Positions 40,241-50,536 of a DNA stretch of 64,000 bases are shown here, piece by piece (position 1 is the first letter of the stretch; the number at the start of each line of letters is the position of its first letter). The DNA comes from an uncultured archaeon. Lineage in GTDB: Archaea; Thermoproteota; Nitrososphaeria; Nitrososphaerales; Gagatemarchaeaceae. Both the position numbers and the translations under genes were made by a program. The stretch covers positions 544,001 to 608,000 of the forward strand of contig CAWCYD010000003.1 of NCBI GenBank assembly GCA_963799775.1, in the 5' to 3' direction. Below the pieces are notes generated by a model, which was given only the letters and a program-made list of their open reading frames with translations, ran no database searches and was not told where the DNA came from.

Positions 40241-41953
40241 TTGCTGAGTCTCGGGATCAATGGCATCGACAAGATATTCCATGATGCATCCGCTTCGTTG
40301 GTCAGGGACGACCGAGTGATTGCGTCTGCGGAGGAGGAAAGATTCAACCGCAAGAAGCACACTAACGGACTACCCTTCAACGCCATTGAGTTCTGCATGA
40401 AAGAAGCTGGCGCTTCTTTTGACGACCTCGATCAAATCGGGTATTATCTGGATCCGTTCGTCCTAAAGCGTGTCTTCGTCGATGATGTGGTCGAGCGATT
40501 CAAATGCAATCCATCGGCCTTGCGTCATTACGCTCAAGCGGCAGACCGCATCACGAAAGTTGAACCAACTCTGAGGCGCAAATATGGCATCGGCCAACGC
40601 ACCAAGTTCCGGTACCTGAACCACCATCTTGCCCATGCCGCCAGTGCGTATTTCATCTCAGGGTTCGAGGAGTCCGCCATTCTGTCCCTTGATGGCTCGG
40701 GAGACAGGGAAACATGCGTTATTTTCAGGGGCGACGGCCCCGAGATTTCGAAGGTAGCTGACGTTCTGGTCTATCCGGAGTCGTTGGGGTTCATCTACAC
40801 AGTGATCTCCGCGCACCTCGGGCTAGGGTGGATCGAGGGGCCTGGCAAACTGATGGGTCTGGCAGGATACGGCAAGCCGGACCCGAGTGTCTTTCAGGGG
40901 ATCGTTTCCCTGCGGGATGACCCCTCTCGGCCGGTGGAGATTGACCTCTCCTTCTTCGACTATCACATCGGTGGCAAGGGCCTAAGCGAAAAGGGCAGAC
41001 AACGGTTTGGACCCCCGCGGGATGCAAAGGAATTGCTGCTGCAGAGTCACTTCGACCTGGCGGCGAGCACCCAAGGAATGCTTGAAAGCGCGATATCCCA
41101 TATCGTTCAATTCATCCCCAAGCTAGTTCCTAAAGTGCGCAACCTATGTTTCGCGGGCGGCGTCGCTCTGAACGTGCGCGCTAATCGCTTGATTGTCGAT
41201 TCCGGGCTCTTCGAAGGCTTCTTCGTTCCGCCCCCCGCAAATGACGCCGGAACATCGCTCGGGTGCGCTCTTCAGCTGAACGCGGAGAACCTTCGGCTTC
41301 GCAGGTTTCAGTTCAACGTGTACTGCGGCCCAGACATCGCAGAAGACTATTCGATTCCCAAATCGCTGGAAAAATTCAGGAAAAGGGTAACTTGGAAGAA
41401 GCTCTCGGAGGACGAGGCATGTGAAAAGGCGGCAGAGTTGATCTCGCAAAACATGATAGTGGGCTGGGCACGGGGGAGGATGGAGTGCGGTCCGAGAGCC
41501 CTCGGGAATCGCAGCATATTGACCAACGCCATGAACCCGAAAGCAAAGGACGAACTGAACGCCAAGGTGAAGAAACGGGAGTGGTTCAGACCTTACGCGC
41601 CTTCAGTGCTCGCCGAGGAGGCGACAAAATGGTTTGACCTCCCGATCCCAAGCCCATACATGCTCCTGGAAGCCGCGGTACTCCCGGGCAAAGAGGCCAT
41701 CATACCAGGAATCACTCATGTCGACAAGACAGCGAGGGTCCAAACGGTGACCGTCTCAGAGAATCCGACCTATTACAAACTCATCAAGGCATTCATGCGG
41801 AGGACAGGAGTGCCAGTTGTCTTGGACACATCCTTCAACAGGCACGGGGAGCCGATCGTGAACACGCCCGACGAAGCGATACAAGCGCTTTTAGGAACGG
41901 GGATGGACGCTCTGTTCCTGGGTGACTATCATGTTTCGAAGGCGAGCTCCTAA
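40241..41953 (+). CDS. Carbamoyltransferase (NodU/CmcH family)
   Basis: HDAS, EEERFNR.K, HHLAHAASA, GPRALGNRS, RPYAP, TSFN. Confidence 0.96.
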   Translation: MLSLGINGIDKIFHDASASLVRDDRVIASAEEERFNRKKHTNGLPFNAIEFCMKEAGASFDDLDQIGYYLDPFVLKRVFVDDVVERFKCNPSALRHYAQAADRITKVEPTLRRKYGIGQRTKFRYLNHHLAHAASAYFISGFEESAILSLDGSGDRETCVIFRGDGPEISKVADVLVYPESLGFIYTVISAHLGLGWIEGPGKLMGLAGYGKPDPSVFQGIVSLRDDPSRPVEIDLSFFDYHIGGKGLSEKGRQRFGPPRDAKELLLQSHFDLAASTQGMLESAISHIVQFIPKLVPKVRNLCFAGGVALNVRANRLIVDSGLFEGFFVPPPANDAGTSLGCALQLNAENLRLRRFQFNVYCGPDIAEDYSIPKSLEKFRKRVTWKKLSEDEACEKAAELISQNMIVGWARGRMECGPRALGNRSILTNAMNPKAKDELNAKVKKREWFRPYAPSVLAEEATKWFDLPIPSPYMLLEAAVLPGKEAIIPGITHVDKTARVQTVTVSENPTYYKLIKAFMRRTGVPVVLDTSFNRHGEPIVNTPDEAIQALLGTGMDALFLGDYHVSKASS

Positions 41954-42692
41954 GCAATTCGATTCGCCAAATCCAGTGATGTGGAGCGATTACCTGGATA
42001 CCCTCAGGGGTAAGTGGGGAGAGGTTCCTGCGGGAAAAGTCAGGCTGAAGACGACTGATTTGGAACTTCTTGACGATGAAGAGCTTCTCAAGACCTGGAA
42101 GCAAGCCGCGAAAGAGGGGTCTGAGGCGAGGGAATGGTATCGCATCCTATACGCACCGATCCTGAAGGACAAATCAGTCCTCGACGTCGGTTCAGGATTC
42201 GCTATCGACACCATTGGATTCGCCCTCAACGGAGCCAAGGTGACATTCCTCGACATAGTCGATTCCAATCTTCGGGTCTTACGCCGTCTTTGCAGCGTGA
42301 TGAAGCTAGAAGACGTGGACTTCTGCTATCTCAAAGAAGCGAAATCCCTGGACGCGCTGGGGGTTTTCGACGTGATCTGGTGCCAAGGCTCAATGATATG
42401 CGCTCCTTTCCAGGTCGCGAAAGGAGAATCGAGCGCCCTACTCCAGCATCTCAGGATCGGTGGAAGATGGATTGAGCTAGCATATCCAAAGTCTCGATGG
42501 GAAAGAGAAGGCAAGCTGCCATTTGAGAAGTGGGGGAAGAAGACGGATGACTCAGCACCGTGGATGGAGTGGTACGACCTTGATAAGCTCCTTCGAAGGC
42601 TTGAGCCCAGCAAATTCAAGACGATATTGGACTTTGAATTTCACTCGAGCGATTTCGTGTGGTTCGACCTGCTGAGATCTGGAAACGACTGA
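41922..42692 (+). CDS. Class I SAM methyltransferase
   Basis: VLDVGSGFAID. Confidence 0.85.
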   Translation: MTIMFRRRAPKQFDSPNPVMWSDYLDTLRGKWGEVPAGKVRLKTTDLELLDDEELLKTWKQAAKEGSEAREWYRILYAPILKDKSVLDVGSGFAIDTIGFALNGAKVTFLDIVDSNLRVLRRLCSVMKLEDVDFCYLKEAKSLDALGVFDVIWCQGSMICAPFQVAKGESSALLQHLRIGGRWIELAYPKSRWEREGKLPFEKWGKKTDDSAPWMEWYDLDKLLRRLEPSKFKTILDFEFHSSDFVWFDLLRSGND

Positions 42693-42755
42693 GAATTTCT
42701 CTTTCGGCTATCGACCACCGAGCCCAGAGCAATAGAGAGTATATGCTCACGTACC

Positions 42756-43613
42756 TTAATTGCTGGGTCTTCGCTTCGCTCTTGCGACAAGGTGCCATCC
42801 TAGCCTCACGTTGTCAGGTAAGTCGATCTTCACCTTGCGACGTTGCGGGGTGTCGACCACGTTGAAGCACGCTGCTACCAATGGCTCTTGGTAGTGCTTC
42901 GACAATAGACTTCTGACCTCGTCGGCGGTGTAAGCCCGCGTGTAGGGACATCCTTCGATCCTCTCCGAGTATTGGGAAACAAGAACATCCTCCGAGAGGC
43001 CGATTCCTCCGTGAAGGAACAGGATCGAGTAATAATAGAGAAGACTTTCCTTGTTGTAAACCATGAAGACCACCTCGCCGTCCTCCTTCAGTTTCCTTGT
43101 CAGTTCGTCGACGGCGTCGTCGACGTCAGGGATGTGATGCAGCACGCCGAATGAGTACACGGAGTCAAAGACCCCGTCCTTGAACGGCAGGTTCTGAGCT
43201 GCCGCCCTCACGACGTCGGATGGTCCAACGCCCGCCTCCGCTAGCGTGTCCCTCGTTGTCCTCGTGCCTGTCTCCGTAAAGTCAAGACTTACAACTTGAG
43301 CCCCATTTCTTGCGAACTCTGCTGAATCGATGCCGGACCCGCTCCCGATCTCGAGGACTCGTTTGCCTTTGAATGATGAAAAGGGAATCGCCTCGGACAT
43401 GTAGTCCTGGAGTTCGTATCGAAGTCGCCTTCGCTCAGCATACGAGAGCTTCTCCGACTTGAATGTCCAAGGGACCGTCCTTTCCCAATACTCTGCGAAC
43501 TCAGCCTTGTTCTTTACGAGTGACGCGTCAGGAGCCTTTGATTCATGGTCTTCCGAAAAAGAAGTAGTGGGGGGAACTGCTGCCATAGTAGTTCCTCGCC
43601 CCCTTCGCGCCAT
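42756..43613 (-). CDS. Class I SAM methyltransferase
   Basis: VLEIGSGSG, LPF.D..FD.VYSFGVLHH. Confidence 0.9.
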   Translation of the reverse strand: MARRGRGTTMAAVPPTTSFSEDHESKAPDASLVKNKAEFAEYWERTVPWTFKSEKLSYAERRRLRYELQDYMSEAIPFSSFKGKRVLEIGSGSGIDSAEFARNGAQVVSLDFTETGTRTTRDTLAEAGVGPSDVVRAAAQNLPFKDGVFDSVYSFGVLHHIPDVDDAVDELTRKLKEDGEVVFMVYNKESLLYYYSILFLHGGIGLSEDVLVSQYSERIEGCPYTRAYTADEVRSLLSKHYQEPLVAACFNVVDTPQRRKVKIDLPDNVRLGWHLVARAKRRPSN

Positions 43614-44111
43614 CTATTCCCAGGTGCCTGTGAATAGGACTACGGCCCCGTTCGACAGCGTGGCCGACCCAGAATAAGTCGACCCGATTACCGGAGCTGA
43701 TGTTACTTTTGGAGTCGCGACGAACTGTGCGTATGTGGTTGCGCTCCCCGATCCTGCCCCGCCTATCAGGCAAGTCGTGGCTGCAGTGAGGGCGAATTGG
43801 TTACTGGCCCCTGCCCAGGTTATCGTTACCGCGGTTACCTGCGTGCTCGCTGTGCCTGTGTTGGCCAGCGTGATATAGGGCGTTGCTGGTGCGGTGGTGA
43901 CACACGTTATGGTGCCCGATGTTCCAGTGCCGAATCCTGCGGCGGTAATCGAGCTTCCTGTCACAGCCACTTGGGCTGATTGGGATGCTGTTCCGAAGAT
44001 GCCGAAGACGAAGCCACCGATTGCTACTGCAGCAATCAGGGTGACCGCGATGATCAGCACCGTGGCTATGATTGGAGAGATGGCTCTGCGCGTCCCGTAA
44101 GAAGTTTTCAT
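43614..44111 (-). CDS. Major type IV pilin, paralog 2
   Basis: RRA/ISPIIATVLIIAVT. Confidence 0.93.
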   Translation of the reverse strand: MKTSYGTRRAISPIIATVLIIAVTLIAAVAIGGFVFGIFGTASQSAQVAVTGSSITAAGFGTGTSGTITCVTTAPATPYITLANTGTASTQVTAVTITWAGASNQFALTAATTCLIGGAGSGSATTYAQFVATPKVTSAPVIGSTYSGSATLSNGAVVLFTGTWE

Positions 44112-44148
44112 TGTTAGAGAAATCCTTGTGTATCTTGCTAATTAGGGA

Positions 44149-44169
44149 TTGTGTATTAGCAATCTGTAT
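44149..44169. promoter_or_regulatory. Shared operator upstream of pilin 2
   Basis: TTGTGTAT-n5-ATCTGTAT; CAATCTGTATCTC starts 49 bp from the start codon, as at 25699. Confidence 0.7.
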
Positions 44170-44406
44170 CTCAAACCAAACTCTTGCAATCCGGGTGGAT
44201 TCGACCGGCGGGCGACAGTGGAGACGAAACCCTCCGCTGCAGATTCCGGCCATGCTCAGATTGATTTTGCCCTACCAACAACGACCCATCCGTGTTGTCG
44301 AAGATCGGAAGCCCAGTCTATCAGATGTCACTGCTCTGAAGATGAAGAAAATGGGGGGATTGGAATCCTGTCGTCTGTCAGGATTCCTTCCGCCTTGGCC
44401 TTTCGC

Positions 44407-44909
44407 CTACTGCCAGGTTCCTGTGAAGAGTACGACCGCACCGTTGGAGAGTGTCACGGTGCCAGAGTATGTCTGGCCTGACACTGGTTGCACAGTAACC
44501 TTGGGAGTTGCTGTGAACCATCCATAGGTCGTTGCCGTTGCTGACCCTGCGCCGCCTATCGAGCATGCAGCTGTCATGGCGAACGCATTGCTCACTCCTG
44601 CCCACGTGACGGTCACTCCAGTGACCTGCGCGCTCGCTGTTCCTGTGTTAGCGAGCGTGATGTAGGGTGAGGCGGGCACTGTTGTTTGGCACGTAACCGT
44701 CCCAGAGGTTCACCACACCGAATCCGGCTGCGTTGATGGAGGTGCCCCGTGACGGCGATTTGTGCGGATTGGGATGCTGTTCCGAAGATGCCGAAGACGA
44801 AGCCACCGATTGCTACTGCAGCAATCAGGGTGACCGCGATGATCAGCACCGTGGCTATGATTGGCGAGATGGCTTTCCTTTGTGCGTATTTGCCGTTCCG
44901 TATTTTCAT
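44407..44909 (-). CDS. Major type IV pilin, paralog 3 (indels at about 44700-44745)
   Basis: RKA/ISPIIATV...; C-terminus VTLSNGAVVLFTGTWQ in another frame. Confidence 0.9.
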
Positions 44910-44958
44910 TGTTAGTTTCTTCGACCCGTATTTGGTATATGAAGGGTGGGAATTACTA

Positions 44959-44979
44959 GTATGGTTTTGAAATCCATAG
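44959..44979. promoter_or_regulatory. Shared operator between divergent pilin 3 and 45019
   Basis: GTATGGTT-n5-ATCCATAG, then 3 bp, then ATTAAATA. Confidence 0.7.
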
Positions 44980-45018
44980 CGAATTAAATACGACGCATGG
45001 GACAACTTCTCTCATCTC

Positions 45019-45453
45019 ATGAGTCGTCTCGTCGATGGGATCAGGAGGGCCAACGAACGAGACAGGGCGTTCATCATGAGCCTGGACATGAGGTTCCTCG
45101 ACAAAGTGGTCGCTCCTCTCTACGTGGGCTTCCTTTGTCTTGACTTCCTCGACGTCTATTCGACGCTCCTTGCGATGAGAAGCACGTTCGACTTCCGGGA
45201 GCTGAATCCTATCGCTTCCGCGCTTTTCTCGATGCGTTTTGATGGATTTCTGATCGCGATGGCTCTGAAGTACCTGCCTGCGATCCCTTTCTTCTACCTA
45301 GTCTATGTCAAGGGCCCGCACGAACTGCATCCGTTTGAGATCAGGCTTGTGAGGTTCGTCGCCCTCGTGTCGTTGGTGGCGGCGGACGCAGTCCTCGGAT
45401 ACATAGTGGCAGTCAACAACATCCCCATCCTGCTCTCTTTCCTTCACGACTGA
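45019..45453 (+). CDS. DUF5658-like membrane protein
   Basis: LD..STL...ELNPI...K...VNNI. Confidence 0.75.
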   Translation: MSRLVDGIRRANERDRAFIMSLDMRFLDKVVAPLYVGFLCLDFLDVYSTLLAMRSTFDFRELNPIASALFSMRFDGFLIAMALKYLPAIPFFYLVYVKGPHELHPFEIRLVRFVALVSLVAADAVLGYIVAVNNIPILLSFLHD

Positions 45454-45461
45454 GTGACTCG

Positions 45462-45640
45462 CTATACTACCCTGAACTTTCCGTCGAAGGTGAACACGGC
45501 CTTCTTGGCCTCCTGCGCCTCTACGATTATCCTCTCGGGCACGCCATTGCGGACATACAGCTCAAAAGGTCCCGTTTCTGGGCGATGAGGGTGCTCGCGC
45601 TCTGCTCGAGGGATTTTAGCGCCTTGTTGATTCGGGCCAG
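45462..45640 (-). pseudogene. Diverged duplicate of the 3' end of the 46407..46917 gene
   Basis: Encodes LARINKALKSLEQSASTLI...VRNGVPERIIVEAQEAKKAVFTFDGKFRVV*; direct repeat of 46407-46583. Confidence 0.88.
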
Positions 45641-45715
45641 ACCCTAGAATGAGCGGAGTACCATTGTAATTAGAAAGCTGTATATTTAAATACGTCCAGT
45701 TCTACTTACTAACCC

Positions 45716-45961
45716 ATGGGAACCAGGACAATCACATTCAGCGTCAACTCGGATGTGGAGCAGCGCTTTAGGAGGATTGCAAAGGCAACGCACAGCAACA
45801 AGAAGGGATACCTGGGAAAGGCCTTGACGGAGGCCATGGAGAAATGGACGCAAGAAAAGGAGCAACAGGACTCGGTCGCCGCATCGCTCCTGCTCTTGGA
45901 AAGAGGCGTGGACTTGGGGGGGCTAAGATACAAGCACAGAGAGGAACTCCATGACCGGTGA
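45716..45961 (+). CDS. RHH-type antitoxin
   Basis: TITFSV...EQRFR...ALTEAM..W; C-terminal REELHDR overlapping toxin. Confidence 0.85.
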   Translation: MGTRTITFSVNSDVEQRFRRIAKATHSNKKGYLGKALTEAMEKWTQEKEQQDSVAASLLLLERGVDLGGLRYKHREELHDR

Positions 45962-46410
45962 ACTCGCATTTGTCGACACGAACATCCTGGTATACGCGTA
46001 TGACAAAAGCGATTCGAAGCGTAGGAAGCCTTGCTCTCGACTCGTTCGTTCCGGATTCCAGGGTGAGGTGGCCTTTTGTATCTCAAATCAAGTACTTGCA
46101 GAACTCTTCGTGGTTCTGACGAAGAAGGTTGCCAAGCCTGTTCCAGTCAAGGAGGCTGGCGCCATCGTCAGCGCCTTCATCGACTCTACCTCGTGGAGCA
46201 AACTGAACTACACGCACCTCTCGGTCAAGCGAGCCTTGGAGAACACCTCGATCAAGACCTCTTTTTGGCGACATCCTCATCGCCGAGACGATGCGGGAAG
46301 GAGGCGTGACTACGCTTTACACCGAAAACGAGAAGGACTTCACGAACATTTCCTGGATTAAGACAGTCAACCCGATCAATACCCCGTCTGAAGGGTCTGA
46401 AACCGCCTAG
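45951..46410 (+). CDS. vapC: PIN-domain toxin (indel near 46268)
   Basis: VDTNILVY, QVLAE, SFWD..I, TENEKDF. Confidence 0.88.
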
Positions 46411-46917
46411 ACAACCCTGAATTTTCCGTCGAAGCTGAACACGGCCTTCTTGGCCTCCTGCGCCTCTACGATTATCCTCTCAGGGACACCGTTCCGGACA
46501 TAGAGCTCGAACGTCCCGTTCTGGGGGATTAGTGTGCTTGCGCTCTGCTCGAACGACTTTAGCGCTTCGGTGGTACGGGCCAGCTTTTGCTTTAGGTCCA
46601 TCGTGGATCTGATACATCACTTCTGTTGTTGCCGGGCCACCGCTGGCCGTGTTGAGCAGCATCGTACCCATCTTGATCCACCCCCCTGCAGGAGCCTTCT
46701 TCTGATCGTTCTTCTTGTCGCCTTTGTCTTGTTTCTTCTCTTCCTTCTGACTGGATGACTCTCCAGGGCCGGTTCTCAGCATGGATCCAAGCTTGTCGCC
46801 GTACTTCTCCGATTCCTTTTGGTAGTAGTCGATGACGTCCTTCATGTATTTGATGATCTCTGACTGGGCATAGAACTTCATCAGACCCGTGTTGAGGTCA
46901 GGTCGCCGCTGAGACAA
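46407..46917 (-). CDS. Conserved coiled-coil hypothetical protein (indel near 46600)
   Basis: Joined ORFs 46480..46917 and 46407..46601. Confidence 0.75.
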
Positions 46918-46935
46918 TTACCTAAGCCTGAGTGC

Positions 46936-47465
46936 CTATTCGCTCGTTATTGAGTTTTGAACTAGGTCCTGTTCGTCTTCCTTAGGCGGTCTGACGCGGT
47001 CGGTCTGCTTCGCCATGTTGCCGGCCTTCTTTACCTCCTTCAGGATCCTCTCGAGAAGATCCACCCTGGAGCCTACGTCCTTTCTCCTCTCCGAGATTAT
47101 GTTTGCCAGCAGGGGAGTCGCTGCCTGGACTATGGAGAGCACGTATTTGGGCTCGAATTTTGTGAGCGGTATCGACCTCTTCGAGTCGTCCTTGTCGACG
47201 ACGATAACGACGCAGTCGGATGCGAGATACGCCTCCTTGGCGGTGGAGTAGGCGGGCCGAGGTTCTCCTTCTGGAGCGGCAAGGCCGCGTCGACCTCGGA
47301 TTGGAGCATCTTCAGCGACTCTATGAGCTTCCTAGTGTAGTTCCTTTCCATCTCGTCGAGTTCAGAGAGCTGGGCGAACTCGCTCTGGAGAGTCGTGAGG
47401 TTCTCAACTATCCCGCGAGAAGGGTCGTCGCTGAGGTCAGGCATGGAGTCCCTGATTCTCGACAT
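46936..47465 (-). CDS. Coiled-coil hypothetical protein (indel near 47255)
   Basis: Joined ORFs 47130..47465 and 46936..47142. Confidence 0.72.
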
Positions 47466-47501
47466 ACGAGTCCTCGAGAAGCCCTTGCTCGTAATATAGT
47501 T

Positions 47502-47522
47502 TTGTGTATTACAAATTCAGTA
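47502..47522. promoter_or_regulatory. Shared operator upstream of coiled-coil operon
   Basis: TTGTGTAT-n5-ATTCAGTA next to reverse TATATTA. Confidence 0.6.
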
Positions 47523-47743
47523 TGCTAAATTCAGGTTCTACAGGAATCCATCGTTTGCGGCGCAATCTCCTGCGCGATTCCTGCCGTCTATGTCAGCGGC
47601 TGACGACGGAGTAGGGATCTACGCCCTCCCATCGTTGCGTTGTCTCGCCGGAGGGAGTTGAGAGAATTCGGGTTCAGCGAAAGAGCCGAAAGTGTAAGCA
47701 AATAGTTATATCAGACTTGTCCGTGCTATCTGCGTGGTTTGAT

Positions 47744-47989
47744 TTGTCGGAAGACACACTGCTTGTCGGAAAAAGGGGGGAGATCTACACAGATGCAAAA
47801 TTGCGCGAGCAGACAGGGATAAAGAAAGGCGGTCGGGTGAAAGCCACCGTGGCCGACGGACGTCTCATCATAGAGCCGCTTCTTTCGATTGAAGATCTGC
47901 TCAAAAAGCCGCCGCTCATCACTATCAGCGTAGAGCAGGCCGAACGGATCAGCGAGAGGGCCCAAAAGGAGCAAGGAATCTTTGGATGA
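47744..47989 (+). CDS. AbrB-type antitoxin
   Basis: VGKRGEIY..LRE..GIK.G..V...GRLIIEP. Confidence 0.85.
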   Translation: MSEDTLLVGKRGEIYTDAKLREQTGIKKGGRVKATVADGRLIIEPLLSIEDLLKKPPLITISVEQAERISERAQKEQGIFG

Positions 47990-48464
47990 ACTTCTCCTTG
48001 ACACCACGTACCTTCTCCCATCCTTCGGCGTCGCGCTAAGACTGGATGGCTTTCAGGAGCGTTTTCCGCTCATGCTTGAGAACATGAATGTCCACTACAA
48101 CCCGATAAGCCTCGTGGAGGCGAAATGGGTGATCCTAAGGCTTGTCCGCGAGCAGGTCGCTGATCATAAGAAGTGGTTGGATGCCTACAAGCAGGGCTTG
48201 GGGGTTCTCCTTTCAAACGACAGACTCGTGGAAACGGAACTGACTAGTGAGGAGATCGAGAGTGTTGCCGACGGGCTCTTTCTTCAGCACAGCGTAAAGG
48301 ACTACTTCGACAGAATAATCTACGCGACAGCGTGCAGCACGAACCGTGTCTTAGTTACGGAGGACGAGAAGCTGCACTCGTTCAAGGAAAGGACGGACCT
48401 ACCCCGACCGAAGAATATCCTGAGCTGGAAAGATCTTGGTGAGGCCGATAATCCTGCTGCGTGA
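47982..48464 (+). CDS. vapC: PIN-domain toxin
   Basis: LLDTTYLLP, SLVE, DYFDRIIYATA, TED. Confidence 0.88.
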   Translation: MDELLLDTTYLLPSFGVALRLDGFQERFPLMLENMNVHYNPISLVEAKWVILRLVREQVADHKKWLDAYKQGLGVLLSNDRLVETELTSEEIESVADGLFLQHSVKDYFDRIIYATACSTNRVLVTEDEKLHSFKERTDLPRPKNILSWKDLGEADNPAA

Positions 48465-48826
48465 AACGCCTAGAGCCGATGTCGGCGAGAAGAATCCGAG
48501 CTGTCGCTCTCCATAATTCTAGAGCTCGTAGGATAGTTCGAGGCTCATCCGGGATTCATGGATTCGTGGCGGGAGCACAGGATCCAGTCCGAGGAGAACT
48601 TTCTGCGCTCGGGCCCTCCAGAGCGAGACCAGCCCGATTCGTACAGTCTAGGATGAGGATTACCCGCTGGATCCCTCATAGGTCCAGAGGCCCAGACCAA
48701 GCGCTGGAGGCGACAGGCCGGGGGAGCTGTGATTGAGACCGCGGCGGACTCTCGAATCGGAGGTCGAGACCAGTCCCTTTCGCACTCCATCAGGCCTTTT
48801 CGTGCCCATTCGGGCTTCCCGAGACA

Positions 48827-50536
48827 TTAGAAACTGTAGGAGAGCTCGAAATATGACTTTGCGAAGGTCTTCATCATCTCATACGGGCTGCTAAGCACAC
48901 AGTTGACTGGGAAGTAGTCCTTGATGGCGCCGCTATCCACGCCGACCCCCATGAGGTATATGTCCGACTTGGCGAAGCCCTTGATGACGGACACGAGCTT
49001 CTTGTCGATGTCGTTGTAGCCAGACGGGTAGCCATCGGAGACGACCACTAGTATCCGCACCCCTGCCTCCCTAGTGCTGAGGGCCTTGTGGGCCACCTGG
49101 AGGGCGTCGGGCAGGAGAGTCGTGCTCCTTTGGGAGAGGCCCCCGATCCTCGCCTTGGTCGTGATGTCGTAGTTCTCGGTGAAGTCCTTTATGATCTGGA
49201 TCGAGTTGTTGAACGAGAACATCGCCCATTGGGTCTTCTGTCTCATTAGCTTCGTTGCCACCTCTGCGAGACAGGTGGCGATCCCCTTGGTCTCCTGGGC
49301 GAACGTCGAGATGCTCTTGCTTGCGTCGATCAGGATCACCCAAGCCTCGTCCTTGTACTGGGGCTGCAGCTGCTCGAAGACGTCTGTCCTGTCAGACTGG
49401 GTCGCCATGACCTGCATGACCGCCTGGGTGTCGAGCTGCGCCCCTGCGTCGTGCCCCGCGACGTCGTCCAAGACGTTCTTCACCATCATGAGCTGGTCCC
49501 GTACGTTCTTTATCGGGCTCGCCAGCTCCGACCTCACTCGCTGGAAGGTGGCATAGTCGCCGGGAGGGATCTCGATGCTTTCGAGCCTCGTTGGGGATAT
49601 GAGGCCCTCATAGAAGGCCCTTACCTTGGCTAACCTCGCCTGCGAGGTCTCCGTGCTTGCGAGGACTTCCTGCGCTTCGGAGAGGAATATCGCGTCTGTC
49701 GGGATCGGGTCGTCTTTCAGTCCCACCCTCGCAAGGGCAGACCGGAGGAGCGACTCTTCCTTGACTTGGTCGTTCTCGAGGAGCTTCCCCTCGAACAGGT
49801 TGCAAGGCCCGTGCGCCTCCGTGTACGGGAAGGCGGGTATCTCAGATAGTGGCCCGCCGTCGCTTATCGCGGCGTAGATCTCCTCAGCCGCCTTTGAGAG
49901 CAAAGCCTTGTTCTCCGGTGACTTGTGCTCGACGTAGTCCTCAACGTCGATCCTCACGCGCTCGTCTATGGCCGCGATCTGGGCGTCCTCTTCGCGCGAG
50001 AGCCTCGTCCCGGTCGACCTGAAGACACCCGCGGAGCTCAGCAGGAGCTTTGTCGCAAGGCGAAGGGGAGTGCTGTCGATGTCGTCCGGCTCGGACAACC
50101 GCAGAGCGGATATGTAGCTCCCGTGTGCGAGGTCGGCCAGGACGCCGACCCACTTGCTCCTCGCTTCTGTGAGGATGTGGACGTCTTCGACCAGCGAGAC
50201 GGCGAATGTCGCTGCTCCCGATTCCTTGGCTTTGGCCCAAGGAGCGTACGCCCTAAAGTCGGAGAAGGCGGCGTGCAGCGAGAGGTGAAAGAGCGACGCC
50301 CTGAAGTTGCGCCAGGTCGTCTCCCATCCCTTGGAGTCCTGGTCGGTGTAGAGCCCTTGCAGCTGGTAGAACTTGTCCTCTACCGTCTTGGGGGATGGTA
50401 GCTTGACAACGATGCCCCTGCGGTCTCCAGAGAGGAGGGGCGTCTTCAGGTTCTCGTCGAGTATCAGCCTGAAGGTGTCGTAGTCGCGCTGCGCTATGCT
50501 GGTCGCAGTGTTCCACGCGTAGTCAAGGACGTTCAG
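48827..50536 (-). CDS. VWA-domain protein (NorD/CbbO-like partner of MoxR ATPase)
   Basis: MIDAS DASKS...T...SDG; frame stays open 146 codons upstream of 50098 to a CTG overlapping the ATPase stop. Confidence 0.88.
   Translation of the reverse strand: MNVLDYAWNTATSIAQRDYDTFRLILDENLKTPLLSGDRRGIVVKLPSPKTVEDKFYQLQGLYTDQDSKGWETTWRNFRASLFHLSLHAAFSDFRAYAPWAKAKESGAATFAVSLVEDVHILTEARSKWVGVLADLAHGSYISALRLSEPDDIDSTPLRLATKLLLSSAGVFRSTGTRLSREEDAQIAAIDERVRIDVEDYVEHKSPENKALLSKAAEEIYAAISDGGPLSEIPAFPYTEAHGPCNLFEGKLLENDQVKEESLLRSALARVGLKDDPIPTDAIFLSEAQEVLASTETSQARLAKVRAFYEGLISPTRLESIEIPPGDYATFQRVRSELASPIKNVRDQLMMVKNVLDDVAGHDAGAQLDTQAVMQVMATQSDRTDVFEQLQPQYKDEAWVILIDASKSISTFAQETKGIATCLAEVATKLMRQKTQWAMFSFNNSIQIIKDFTENYDITTKARIGGLSQRSTTLLPDALQVAHKALSTREAGVRILVVVSDGYPSGYNDIDKKLVSVIKGFAKSDIYLMGVGVDSGAIKDYFPVNCVLSSPYEMMKTFAKSYFELSYSF

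Noticed and set aside
19425-44909. Archaellum or chemotaxis locus
   Set aside because: No recognisable arlF/arlG, che genes or archaellin N-terminus; pilins are of the ISPIIAT adhesive type
45462-46583. Diversity-generating retroelement TR/VR pair
   Set aside because: Mismatches are not adenine-specific, fall mostly at third codon positions, and no reverse transcriptase is present
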